Assembly (NCBI GenBank): GCA_963668695.2
Contig: CAXXLQ010000004.1
Span: 2,048,001 to 2,112,000 of the forward strand
Length of the DNA: 64,000 nt
Source of the DNA: Vicinamibacteria bacterium
Lineage (GTDB): Bacteria; Acidobacteriota; Vicinamibacteria; Marinacidobacterales; Marinacidobacteraceae
Direction: 5' to 3'
The position numbers and the translations under genes were made by a program. Below, in pieces: positions 29,095 to 39,443 of the stretch (within the stretch, counting starts at the first letter, position 1; the number at the start of each line of letters is the position of its first letter). The notes beneath the pieces are model-generated. The model worked only from the letters and a program-made list of their open reading frames with translations, had not been told where the DNA came from and did no database searches.

Positions 29095-31407
29095 TCACGA
29101 GGGGGGCGTCACCAGGACGTCGCGCGGCTGGGCGCCGCGGGCCGGGCCGACCACGCCTTGGCGTTCGAGTTCCGCGACGATGCGCCGCGCCCGCTGGTAG
29201 CCGAGGCCCATTTCGGTCTGGAGCATCGAAGTGGACGCCTTCTGCTCGCGGATGATGAGGTCGCGGGCCCGAGGCAGCATCGAGTCCTCCCTGGATACCG
29301 CAGCGCCGTTTGCCGCCGGAATCGCTCCGTTACCCGAGCGCACGAAGGGAAGCGGCTGCTCCTCCTCCAGCATCCCCGTGTCGAAGACCGGTTTGGCGGC
29401 GCTCTCCCAGAACTTGACGAACCTTCCGACCTCTTTTTCGTCCACGTACCCGCCCTGCGCCCGGGGCAGGTCGGCGCCCGGCCGCATCATCAGCATGTCG
29501 CCCTTGCCGAGCAGCATTTCGGCGCCCACCCGGTCCAGGATGGTCCGCGAGTCCACGTAGCTGGCCACCCGGAAGGCGATGCGGGTAGGCAGGTTCGCCT
29601 TCAGCGTGCCGCTCACGATGTCGATCGAGGGGCGCTGGGTCGCCAGCACGAGGTGGATCCCCTCGGCGCGGCCCAGGCTGAGCAGCCGCTGGATCGCCGG
29701 CGTCACTTCCGCCTTGGCGTGGATGAAGAGGTCGGCGAGCTCGTCCACCACGATCACCAGCCGGGGCAGGGGCGCCGGGATCTCGGACTCTTCTTCGTTC
29801 TTCTTCCGGCGCTTCCGCGACTTGTCCGCGGCCATCTTCTCCACCAGCCGGTTGAAGCCGTCGATGTTCCGAACCCCGTGCTCTTCCAGGATCCGGGTGC
29901 GGCGGTCCAACTCGCGGCAGGCGTGCTGCAGCACCGTCTTCGCCTTGTCCGGTTCGAGGATGAGCGGGGTCAGCAGGTGCGGGATGTTCCGGTAGGGCCG
30001 GAGTTCCACCCGCTTCGGATCGATCAGGATCAGGCGCAGTTCGTCGGGGGTGCGCCGCGCGAGCAGCGAGCAGAGCAGGGTGTTGATCTGCACCGACTTG
30101 CCCGCGCCGGTAGCGCCGGCGATCAGCAGATGGGGCATCTCGGCCAGGTCCTTGACCAGCGGCCGTCCGTCCACCAGCCGTCCGATCGCGACCGGCAGCG
30201 CCCCGCTCTCGTCCTGGAACTCGGGCGCCTCGAGGATTTCCCGCAGGCCGACCACCGAGGGTGACTCGTTCGGCACTTCGATCCCCACCACCCCCTTGCC
30301 CTTCACCCGCTCCACCCGGATGGCGGGGGCGCGGAGCGCCATGCAGATCTCTTCGTGGCGGTTGCGGAGCTTCTTGAGCGTTTCGCCTTCGCCCAGCCGG
30401 AACTCGAAGGTCGTGACCACCGGCCCCGGCTGGATGCGGTCCACCTGGCCGCGTACCCCGTATTCGAGACACGCGGCTTCGAGGGCCTTCCGCCGCTCTT
30501 CGAGCGCCCGCTTCGCGGGAGCCGGCTGGTGCGCCCGCCGGGTGAGGAGCTGGAGCGAGGGCAGTTTCCAGGCGCCGGGAGCCGGCGGCGCGCCGGGTTT
30601 TTGAGGTTTCGACAGCAGGTCGGGCCGGGAGCGCGGCCGGGCCACCGGGACGCGTTCGGTGGCGGGGTCCGTTTCCGGGTCGGGCCTCTTGCGCTTGCGC
30701 CGGATGCGCGCCACGAAGGGCCGCTCGAAGCCTTCCCCGATCTCCGGCTCCTCAGCGACGAGCTCTTCCGGCGGGCGCTCCGCCGGGCGGAACCGGCGAA
30801 GGAGCCGCGAGATCCAGCGCCTGCCCTGACTGCTGTCGTGTTCCTTGAGCGCGGGGCCGCCGAAGCCCCATTCCCGGAGCGCGGCGTAGCCCATCAGCCC
30901 CACCGTCCCCAGCACCAGCCCCGCTCCGAGCGGGTTCATGGCGCCCGAGAGTGCGGTCGCCAGCAGGGAGCCGCCGATTCCGCCCCAGGCGAAGCTCCCG
31001 CTCCAGGCAGGACCTCCGGCCGCTCCGTCGCCGAAGACCTGCTGGGCGAGGGAGGCGAGACCGGTCGCGCTGACCGCGAGGCTCGCAAGAATGAGGATCC
31101 GCACCGCGGTCGAGTCGTCCCCCTCGGGGGGAGCGGGGCGGAGACGCCGCCGGCCTGCCTGGATGAGCACCAGCGGCAGCGCGAAGCCGATCACGCCGAG
31201 GAGTTGCAGGATTACTTCGGCGAGGAGCGCCCCGGTCGGCCCGAGCCAGTTCGTCACCGTTTCGTGGGTGCCCGTCTTGAGCAGCAGCACGGGATCCCCC
31301 GACGCATAGGAGACGAGCGAGAGGAGGAGGAGCGCGGCGACCGCGAGCATGGCTATGGCGGTGACGCCCCGGCGGCCGAATACCGCCCTAAGCGCTTGAG
31401 AGGCCAA
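29095..31407 (-). CDS. ftsK: DNA translocase FtsK
   Basis: N-terminal TM helices; MPHLLIAGATGAGKS, IDPKRVEL, LATQRPS, GAEMLLGKGDML, gamma domain GYQRARRI. Confidence 0.95.
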   Translation of the reverse strand: MASQALRAVFGRRGVTAIAMLAVAALLLLSLVSYASGDPVLLLKTGTHETVTNWLGPTGALLAEVILQLLGVIGFALPLVLIQAGRRRLRPAPPEGDDSTAVRILILASLAVSATGLASLAQQVFGDGAAGGPAWSGSFAWGGIGGSLLATALSGAMNPLGAGLVLGTVGLMGYAALREWGFGGPALKEHDSSQGRRWISRLLRRFRPAERPPEELVAEEPEIGEGFERPFVARIRRKRKRPDPETDPATERVPVARPRSRPDLLSKPQKPGAPPAPGAWKLPSLQLLTRRAHQPAPAKRALEERRKALEAACLEYGVRGQVDRIQPGPVVTTFEFRLGEGETLKKLRNRHEEICMALRAPAIRVERVKGKGVVGIEVPNESPSVVGLREILEAPEFQDESGALPVAIGRLVDGRPLVKDLAEMPHLLIAGATGAGKSVQINTLLCSLLARRTPDELRLILIDPKRVELRPYRNIPHLLTPLILEPDKAKTVLQHACRELDRRTRILEEHGVRNIDGFNRLVEKMAADKSRKRRKKNEEESEIPAPLPRLVIVVDELADLFIHAKAEVTPAIQRLLSLGRAEGIHLVLATQRPSIDIVSGTLKANLPTRIAFRVASYVDSRTILDRVGAEMLLGKGDMLMMRPGADLPRAQGGYVDEKEVGRFVKFWESAAKPVFDTGMLEEEQPLPFVRSGNGAIPAANGAAVSREDSMLPRARDLIIREQKASTSMLQTEMGLGYQRARRIVAELERQGVVGPARGAQPRDVLVTPPS

Positions 31408-32257
31408 TGCCGATCCCTCCGACCGCGAGGCAGTACCAGCCGAACTGGTGGAACCGCTCCCGGGAAAGCCAGTCGAATACCCAGCGCAGCGCGAACGTCC
31501 CGGCCACGAATGCGGTGAGGAACCCGACCGTCAGTTCCAGCGCGACGACGCCTCCTGCCTCCGCGAGCGCGCCGCTGCCGAGGGCGGAGGCGCCTTCGAG
31601 CAGCGTCGCTCCGGCGATCACCGGGGCGGACAGCAGGAAGCTGAAACGGGCGGCGTCCGCGGGTGAGACGCCGCGTTCGCGGCCGGCGACGATGGTGAGC
31701 CCCGACCGGGAGATTCCGGGAAGGATGGCCGCCGCCTGGGCGACTCCGATCCAGAGCGCATCGGCGAGGCCGCGCGGGAGGCGCGGGATGGCCGGGGCGG
31801 GTTTCGCCGACAGGTTTGCGGCGTCTTTCGCCGGCCGCCGGAAGGCGAGCAGCACCGCCCCGGTCAGCACCAGGCCGCCGCCGGCGACGGCCATCCCGCT
31901 GAACGCGTGGTGGATCTGGTCCCGGAATGCGACCCCGACGATGGCCGCCGGTACCGACGCGACGAGCAGCAGCCCGATGAGCCGTCGCCCGCGCTGGACG
32001 GCGCCCTGGCCTTCGGGAGTGCTCCCGCCCGCTCCCACGAGCGAGCGGAGCAGCCCGAACACCTCGCGGCGGAGGTAGATCAGGGCGGCGGCAAGCGTTC
32101 CCAGGTGGACCACGATCTCGAAGAGCACCCCCGGACTGCGGAGCGCTTCATCCGGTAGCAGCGCCCGGCCGAGAACCAGGTGTCCCGAACTGGACACTGG
32201 CAGGAACTCAGTGAAGCCCTGCACGATTCCAAGAAGCAGCGAAGCGCCGATATTCAT
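31388..32257 (-). CDS. uppP: Undecaprenyl-diphosphate phosphatase
   Basis: QGFTEFLPVSSSGHL, PGISRSGLT, AARFSFLLS. Confidence 0.95.
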   Translation of the reverse strand: MNIGASLLLGIVQGFTEFLPVSSSGHLVLGRALLPDEALRSPGVLFEIVVHLGTLAAALIYLRREVFGLLRSLVGAGGSTPEGQGAVQRGRRLIGLLLVASVPAAIVGVAFRDQIHHAFSGMAVAGGGLVLTGAVLLAFRRPAKDAANLSAKPAPAIPRLPRGLADALWIGVAQAAAILPGISRSGLTIVAGRERGVSPADAARFSFLLSAPVIAGATLLEGASALGSGALAEAGGVVALELTVGFLTAFVAGTFALRWVFDWLSRERFHQFGWYCLAVGGIGIGLSSA

Positions 32258-32420
32258 CGAATATACCCAAGTACAAGGGTAGGTTACGGTACCAAACCTA
32301 AAGCACCGCCGCAAGCCGTCCGGAGGTCCGGAAGGGGCGCGCCTGGTTTGGGAGGGCGCCGTGCGGTTGGTGTGGGGGCTCGCGCCCCCCTTCCGGACCG
32401 CCCGGCGCTTCGCGCCGGAT

Positions 32421-32687
32421 TCGAAGTGCGGCGAGAGCCGCCCGGAGACCCCGGAGCGGGAGGGGCAGGGGTCGGGGGACCCGACTCCCAGCCGGTTCTG
32501 GCTCGGGCTTCCGAAGTGCGGCGAGAGGCGGACGGAGCCCCCGGAGCGGGAGGGGCAGGGGTCGGGGGACCCGACTCCCAGCCGGTCCTGGCTCGGGTTT
32601 CCGAAGTGCGGCGAGAGGCGGACGGAGCCCCCGGAGCGGGAGGGGTAGGGGTCGGGGGACCCGACTCCTACCCCTCCTGGCTCGGGA
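32421..32687 (+). repeat. 90-bp tandem repeat x3 containing a hairpin
   Basis: Units start at 32421, 32511 and 32601; ggggtcggg-gga-cccgactcc stem. Confidence 0.85.
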
Positions 32688-32689
32688 GT

Positions 32690-33116
32690 CGAAACTTCCT
32701 TGCGAGCCTAGGGCCCGCGGCGGCAAGTTCCGTTTCGGCTTCGTTGTCGTGTGAAAGGGGGAGGGCCCCCTTTCACACGTTCCCCCCGGAATCGATCGGC
32801 AGCGAACGGAGTTCGCTGCCCGAAGCATTCTCCTGCTGAGACCTGGGGCTCATCGCCTTGGCGGAGGGTTGTACCGGCTGGAGGTCGGCGCTCCTGTGCC
32901 TGCTGTCCTTCCGGTGGGTCGGCGTATCGCCGAACGCCAATGACGAAACTAATGGGGGCCGGCGAACCCCTTCGCTGCCCGCCTGACCGGGGGGAAAGTG
33001 TGAAAGGGGGGATCCCCCTTTCACAAAACGGCTACTCCCAATCGGAACTCGCCGCAGTGCGCCTACAGCGCACAAGGGAGTTGGGATTGCCGGCGCGAAG
33101 CGCCGGGCGGTTCGGA
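32690..33116. repeat. Two family C copies in opposite orientation
   Basis: Reverse copy about 32690-32821; forward copy about 32912-33116. Confidence 0.7.
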
Positions 33117-33242
33117 CGGGGGCTCACTCTTGAACAAGCGAATGACGAACCACTAATGGGGGCCGGCGCCCCCCTTCCGGACCGCGCGACCTTCAGCCCC
33201 CCTGCCGGACCGCTCCGACGTCGACGCGGCGACAATGACCCC

Positions 33243-34076
33243 GTGACGTTTTTTCCGACCCGGGCGCGCGGGCAGAACTTCCTCCACGACCGGTCGGTCG
33301 CGGAGCGCTTCGTGGCCGCGGCGCTCGGCCCCGGAGAACCGGGGGACATCGTCGAAATCGGGCCCGGGAAGGGGGCGCTCACCTTCCCGCTGCTCGCGGC
33401 CGGCGCCCGGGTGCTGGCCATCGAGGTGGACCCGTGGCTGGCCGGGCGGGTCGAGGAATACGCGAAGGAGCGGGGCGTCGACGAAAACCTGCGCGTGGTG
33501 ACCGGAGACGCGCTCCATTTGGACCTCGGCGCCGCCATCGGCGATTTCGGAGCCGCGCCGCCGCTCCCGATCTGCGGAAACCTCCCGTTTTCGGTGGCGT
33601 CGCCCCTCCTCCTGCGTCTTATCGAGGGACACGCGACCCCTGGCGATCCACCTCTCTTCGATGTTCTGACCCTGACGCTCCAGAAAGAGGTCGCGGACCG
33701 CGTCGTCGCCCGTCGCGGGGAACGCGACTACAGCGCGCTCAGCGTCGTCGTCCAGCAGGCGCTCCGCGCCGAGGTCTGCTTCCGGATCCATCCGGGCGCC
33801 TTCCGGCCGCGGCCGCGGGTCGTGTCCTCGGTGGTCCGCCTCGTCCCCCGCCCGGACCCGCCTCCCATCGGCGGGGAAACCCACTTTCGCTCGCTGGTGC
33901 GCGGCCTCTTCACGCACCGCCGGAAGACCCTCAGGAACTGCGTTGCCCTGCTCCGGGACCAGGAGCTGGCCGGCCGCGTTCGGGGCGCGCTCGAAACGCT
34001 GGGAATCGACCCCGGGCTCCGCCCGGAGCAGCTTGAGGTCTCCGATTTCGCGGAGCTTTCGCGGCTCACCTGCTGA
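33243..34076 (+). CDS. rsmA: 16S rRNA (adenine-N6,N6)-dimethyltransferase
   Basis: GQNFL, VEIGPGKGALT, GNLPF, QKEVADR, RRKTLRN. Confidence 0.93.
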   Translation: MTFFPTRARGQNFLHDRSVAERFVAAALGPGEPGDIVEIGPGKGALTFPLLAAGARVLAIEVDPWLAGRVEEYAKERGVDENLRVVTGDALHLDLGAAIGDFGAAPPLPICGNLPFSVASPLLLRLIEGHATPGDPPLFDVLTLTLQKEVADRVVARRGERDYSALSVVVQQALRAEVCFRIHPGAFRPRPRVVSSVVRLVPRPDPPPIGGETHFRSLVRGLFTHRRKTLRNCVALLRDQELAGRVRGALETLGIDPGLRPEQLEVSDFAELSRLTC

Positions 34077-34275
34077 CGGCTGGACGTCCCCGCCGCCTCG
34101 CGTGGCGACGCCTATTTCGCCGCCTTCCGGGCAGCGCTGCCGGTCTGAAGCCCGGCGCTCCCCGTGTTAGGCTCGCGGCGTAACCGACCGACCTGACCAG
34201 ACCGACCTGCACCGCCAGCGAGACCTCCGTCGCCAGCCCGATCCGTAGCCAGCCCGACCCGTAGCGAACCCGATC

Positions 34276-35294
34276 ATGAACGCTGAACCCCGCCGACTTG
34301 TCATCATCGGCAGCGGCCCCGCCGGCTACACCGCGGCGCTGTATGCCGCTCGCGCCGAACTCCAGCCCCTGTTGCTGGCCGGCTCGGGGATGGATCCTGA
34401 CATCGGCCTCCCCGGCGGCCAGCTCATGCTCACCACCGACGTGGAGAACTACCCGGGCTTTCCCGACGGGGTCACCGGCTACGAAATGATGGACCTCTTC
34501 CGGCGTCAGGCCGAGCGCTTCGGCACCGAGATCCACCAGCTCGACGCCACCGCGGTGGACCTCTCCGCGCGCCCCTTCTCGGTCACCGTCGGGGGGAAGA
34601 CCTTCACCGCCGACTCGGTGATCGTCGCCACCGGGGCCCGGGCGCGCTGGCTCGGCCTTCCCTCGGAGAAGGAGTTCATGAACCGCGGGGTGTCGGCCTG
34701 CGCGACCTGCGACGGCGCGCTCTACCGGGGCAAGGAGATGGCCGTGGTCGGAGGGGGTGACACCGCGATGGAAGAAGCCCTCTTCCTCACCCGCTTCGCG
34801 ACCACCGTCCACGTAATCCACCGCCGGGACGCCCTCCGCGCTTCGAAGATCATGGCCAAGCGGGCGCTGGACAACCCGAAGATCCGTTTCGTCTGGGACT
34901 CCGCCGTCGAAGAGGTGCTCGGGGATCAGTACGGGGTCACCGAGCTCCTTTTGTCAAACCTGAAGACCGGCGCGGAGTCCCGGCTCCCGGTGGGAGCCCT
35001 GTTCATCGCCATCGGCCACGTCCCCAACACCGAGATCTTCACCGGGGCCCTCGAACTCGACGAGCGCGGCTACGTGATCGTCACTCCGGGCGCCACCACC
35101 ACCTCGGTGGAAGGGGTCTTCGCCTGCGGAGACGTCATGGATCCCACCTACCGGCAGGCGGTGACCGCCGCCGGGACCGGCTGCATGGCGGCCATCGCCT
35201 CCGAGCGCTGGCTCGCCGAGCAGGAATCCGCCTCCCCCGCCGAAACCGCGCAGCAGGTCTCCGCGCAGCAGGTCTCCGCGCAGGAGGTTTCCGC

Positions 35295-35298
<4 letters not shown>
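34276..35298 (+). CDS. trxB: Thioredoxin-disulfide reductase
   Basis: GSGPAGYTAA, CATCDG, GGGDTAMEEA, YRQAVTAAGTGC. Confidence 0.97.
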
Positions 35299-35849
<551 letters not shown>

Positions 35850-35897
35850 CAGCCAAGCCCTGCCAAGGCTTCACGCCATCATCGGAGAGTCCGAACC

Positions 35898-37196
35898 TTG
35901 CCCGGACTTGCGGTCGTCGGCACCCAGTGGGGTGACGAGGGAAAGGGGAAGTTCGTCGACATCCTCGCTCCCCGTTTCCACACCGTGGTGCGCTTCGGGG
36001 GCGGCCACAACGCCGGACACACGGTGGTGGTCGGAGACGAGCAGTTCATCCTCCATCTTCTTCCTTCGGCGGTGCTCCATCCGGGGGTGCGCTCGATCGT
36101 CGGAAACGGCTGCGTCGTGGACCCGCTCGCCTTCTTCGAGGAAGTCGAGATGCTCGAGCGGGCGGGGCGGGACCCCTCCCCGGACCTGCTGCTCTCCGAC
36201 CGGGCGCAGATCATCCTCCCGGTGCACCGGGCGATCGAGGCGCGGGAAGAGACCCGGCTCGGGAAGCACCGGATCGGCACCACCCGCCGGGGCATCGGTC
36301 CGGCGTACGCGGACAAGGCGGCCCGCCGGGGCGTCCGTCTCGGCGACCTGCGCCATCCGCGCTATCGCGACGAGCGGTTGGCCCACCTGATCGCCGGGCA
36401 CGGCGAGCTGCTCGGCTGGACCGCCGAGCGGATCGAAGAAGAGGTCGCCGGCACGCGCGAACTGCTCGACCGCTTCGCGGACCGGGTGCTGCCGCTGATC
36501 GCCGACACCTCGCTCGTGATCCACCAGACCCTGGAGGCGGGGCACGGCGTCCTGTTCGAGGGGGCGCAGGCCACCCTGCTCGACCTGGATCACGGGACCT
36601 ACCCCTTCGTCACCTCTTCGACCGCGGTGGCGGCGGGGGCCGCGGTGGGGGCCGGGGTCGGCCCGCAGGCCGTCGGCCGGGTGCTCGGGGTGTCGAAGGC
36701 GTACATGACCCGGGTGGGAGAGGGGCCGTTCCCGACCGAGATGGATCCGGAGCAGAACCGGACGATCCGGGAGAAGGGCAAGGAGTTCGGCGCCACCACC
36801 CGGCGGCCGCGCCGCTGCGGCTGGTTCGACAGCGTGGTGCTCCGCTACGCGCGGCGGGTGAACGGCCTCGACGAACTCGCGATCACCAAGCTGGATGTCC
36901 TGGACGGGTTGGCCGAGGTGCGGATCGCGGTCCGCTACCGGCTGGACGGCGACCCCGTCGAGGAATTCCCGGGCGAGTTCGGGGCGCTGGCGCGCTGCGA
37001 GCCCGAGTACCGGACCCTTCCGGGCTGGAACCGGCCCACCGCGGGCGCGACCCGGCTCGAGGACCTCCCGCGGGAGGCCCGGCACTACCTCGACACGCTG
37101 GAGGAGCTTTCCGGCGTTCCGGTCACGCTGGTTTCGACCGGGCCCGATCGGGAGGCGTACCTCAGGCGCCGGGAGACAGAGGTCCTGGGGGACTGA
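35898..37196 (+). CDS. purA: Adenylosuccinate synthase
   Basis: QWGDEGKGK, GGHNAGHT, FEGAQ, GTYPFVTSS, RRCGWFD. Confidence 0.98.
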   Translation: MPGLAVVGTQWGDEGKGKFVDILAPRFHTVVRFGGGHNAGHTVVVGDEQFILHLLPSAVLHPGVRSIVGNGCVVDPLAFFEEVEMLERAGRDPSPDLLLSDRAQIILPVHRAIEAREETRLGKHRIGTTRRGIGPAYADKAARRGVRLGDLRHPRYRDERLAHLIAGHGELLGWTAERIEEEVAGTRELLDRFADRVLPLIADTSLVIHQTLEAGHGVLFEGAQATLLDLDHGTYPFVTSSTAVAAGAAVGAGVGPQAVGRVLGVSKAYMTRVGEGPFPTEMDPEQNRTIREKGKEFGATTRRPRRCGWFDSVVLRYARRVNGLDELAITKLDVLDGLAEVRIAVRYRLDGDPVEEFPGEFGALARCEPEYRTLPGWNRPTAGATRLEDLPREARHYLDTLEELSGVPVTLVSTGPDREAYLRRRETEVLGD

Positions 37197-37280
37197 GAGG
37201 CCGGCACTCCCGACCCGGCGTGCGGGGGGACCCTCAACCGGGCGGTGCGCGTTCGCCCGCGGTCGAAGGCGTGCTGCTTC

Positions 37281-37339
37281 GCGGCGACTTTTCCACCGCG
37301 AGGGCCCGACGCGGGAAGAAACGGAGCCGATTTCCGTCT
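37281..37339 (+). promoter_or_regulatory. 59-bp conserved non-coding motif, copy 1 (copy 2 at 60466-60524)
   Basis: gcggcgacttttccac-N11-gacgcgggaagaaacgga-...tttccgtct; function is inferred only from position. Confidence 0.45.
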
Positions 37340-37509
37340 ATGAAAATGAGAGGGGCTGCCTGGTACCGCGGCCTTTCTGCAACGAACGACGGAAAGGAGT
37401 CCCCAAGGAGTCCCCAAGGAGTCCCCAAGGAGTCAGATGCCCTCAGCGACCAAGAATCCTCCGCCCGGAGCGGTTGCCGCGCCGTCGGCCGCACCCCTAC
37501 ACTGGCTCG

Positions 37510-37845
37510 GTGAGCGCTGAGAGAACGGCGGCTTCGGCCCCCCGGTGGAAAGACGCCGTGCGGTCCTGGGCGCCGGTGCTGGGCTTCGCGGTGCTGTTGG
37601 TCTTTCAGATGGTGAGCCTGCAGCAGCAGATCGGCGAGCTGCGCACCGACCTCCACCGGGAAATCGGCGATCTCCGGACCGACGTCCAGAAGGAGATCGG
37701 CGATCTCCGGACCGACGTCCAGAAGGGGATAGGCGATCTGAAGGACGACCTTCGCACGGACATCGGCGCGCTGGGAGAACGGATCGCCCGTCTGGAAGCG
37801 TTGATAGAGCGCGCCGAAGGCGCCGCCCCCCGTCCCGGCGGATAG
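37510..37845 (+). CDS. Small TM-anchored coiled-coil protein with 11-residue repeats
   Basis: TM segment WAPVLGFAVLLVFQMV, then IGDLRTDVQKE repeats and ERIARLE; TACACT 6 nt before GTG. Confidence 0.75.
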   Translation: MSAERTAASAPRWKDAVRSWAPVLGFAVLLVFQMVSLQQQIGELRTDLHREIGDLRTDVQKEIGDLRTDVQKGIGDLKDDLRTDIGALGERIARLEALIERAEGAAPRPGG

Positions 37846-37906
37846 CGGCGGCGGGACCCGCCACGCGATTGCGGCCGGTGTTTGTTCGTGGTATTTGTTC
37901 CGCGTT

Positions 37907-38266
37907 GTGGAGTCCAGCGTCTTCAGGGACTTGGTGCGGTCCAGGCTCCGGGAAACCGGACTGAGCGCCTCTCGGGCAGCCACTCGCGCCGGGCTACCCC
38001 GGGATGCGATTCGGTCAGTTCTCAGAGGTCACCCGCCGGGTGTCACCCGGGCGGCCGAAATCTGTGCCGCGCTGGGCATCGAGTTACGGCTCGGTGCCAA
38101 CAGCGCGCCGCTGCCGGGATCACCGGACACTCGGCTGGCCGCCATCGAGGCTCGGGTGCGGGAGCTCAATCAGGCGATCCTCGACGCCGGAGGGAACCCT
38201 TTCCCCCCGACGTCGCATGCCCCTGCTCTGAAACCAGAAAGCTCCACCACCTCCACTGACGACTGA
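37907..38266 (+). CDS. XRE/Cro-like helix-turn-helix protein
   Basis: GLSASRAATRAGLPRDAIRSVLRGHPPGVTRAAEICAALG pattern. Confidence 0.6.
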   Translation: MESSVFRDLVRSRLRETGLSASRAATRAGLPRDAIRSVLRGHPPGVTRAAEICAALGIELRLGANSAPLPGSPDTRLAAIEARVRELNQAILDAGGNPFPPTSHAPALKPESSTTSTDD

Positions 38267-38568
38267 TTCGGTTCGACCCTCAGCGTCCCCGTCGGAGCGC
38301 CGTCGAAGCTTCCGGCCCATCGCCGCCTTGGTCATCCCCGCTTCAGCAAAGAGCGGACCGGCACCCGCCGATACCTCGAGCATCGCTTCTCTCCTCTCTG
38401 GGGAGCAGCGCCTTGCTGTCGCGCGGCATCTGCGCGCGGAACAGGACGTGGTCTCGCGGGCCTGCGGGGCGGTGCCGGTCTGAAGGGCCCCACCGGGAGA
38501 ACTGCCCGGGGTTCCCTGCTTGCGCGCCGTGAGGGTGGGTGGCGCGTCCCTGAACGAGTGAAGGTGAT

Positions 38569-38728
38569 GGCAGCGAACTCTGTTCGCTGCCCGCGAGATC
38601 GGGGGGAAAGTGTGAAAGTGGGATCCCCCCTTTCACAAGATGACAACGACCAATCGGAACTCGCCGCGGCGCGCGTTAGCGCACAAGGGAGTTTCGATTC
38701 GCGGCGCGGAGCGCCGGGCGGTTCGGAA
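38569..38728 (+). repeat. Family C multi-hairpin repeat
   Basis: Similarity to 2446-2606. Confidence 0.8.
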
Positions 38729-38833
38729 CCGGAGCCCCACCCGACACAAGCCCATGGCGGCACCCGCCAACGCCCATGCGACGGCCCCGATTCCGAACCG
38801 CTCGATGCTAATATTCGCGCCCTTCTCGCCGCC

Positions 38834-38906
38834 GGGCCGTTAGCTCAGTTGGCAGAGCGCTCGCCTTTTAAGCGAGATGTCGCAGGTTCGAACCCTGCAC
38901 GGCCTA
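38834..38906 (+). tRNA. tRNA-Lys(TTT)
   Basis: Cloverleaf; ctcgc-CTTTTAA-gcgag anticodon arm; GGTTCGAACCC. Confidence 0.93.
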
Positions 38907-38915
38907 CCCTGTCGG

Positions 38916-38988
38916 GTCCCCATCGTCTAGTGGCCCAGGACGTCGCCCTTTCACGGCGAAAACACGGGTTCGACTCCCGTTGGGGATA
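38916..38988 (+). tRNA. tRNA-Glu(TTC)
   Basis: Cloverleaf; tcgcc-CTTTCAC-ggcga anticodon arm; GGTTCGACTCC. Confidence 0.93.
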
Positions 38989-39190
38989 CGGCCTTTCCGG
39001 CCTTGAAACCGGCCTTGAATCCGGCCTTGAAAACCCCGGCCTTGAAACCCCCGGAAAGTCACGCACCGGAGACCGGCCCCCGGACCGGACTTGCGGACCG
39101 GACTTCCGGACCCGCGCTCCGGGCGGGAATCCCGGGCCACTCGAAAGCGCGGCGTTCCGTCATCACGGCCGCCGCCCTATCGTTCCCCTA

Positions 39191-39426
39191 GCAGCCTGTG
39201 GATAAAGTGACGTATGCGCCGAGACCGGCCAGTTCTCCCGGTGGGGGCGAGGCCCAGTTCTCCCGGTGGGGGTCCGGCTGACAAGGCGCGTGAGGGAGGA
39301 ATACCGGGTGTATTTCGACCGAAACGCAACGCAGAGCGACGCGAAGCGCCAGTTCTCCCGGTGGGGGGGCGGTTCAGCCGGGATGCATCGCCGGTCGAAC
39401 GCCGCGTGACTTTGTCCACAGGCTGC
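39191..39426. mobile_element. Family A MITE, 236 bp
   Basis: TA-gcagcctgtggataaagt...actttgtccacaggctgc-TA. Confidence 0.85.
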
Positions 39427-39443
39427 TAACCCCGACCCGCCAA

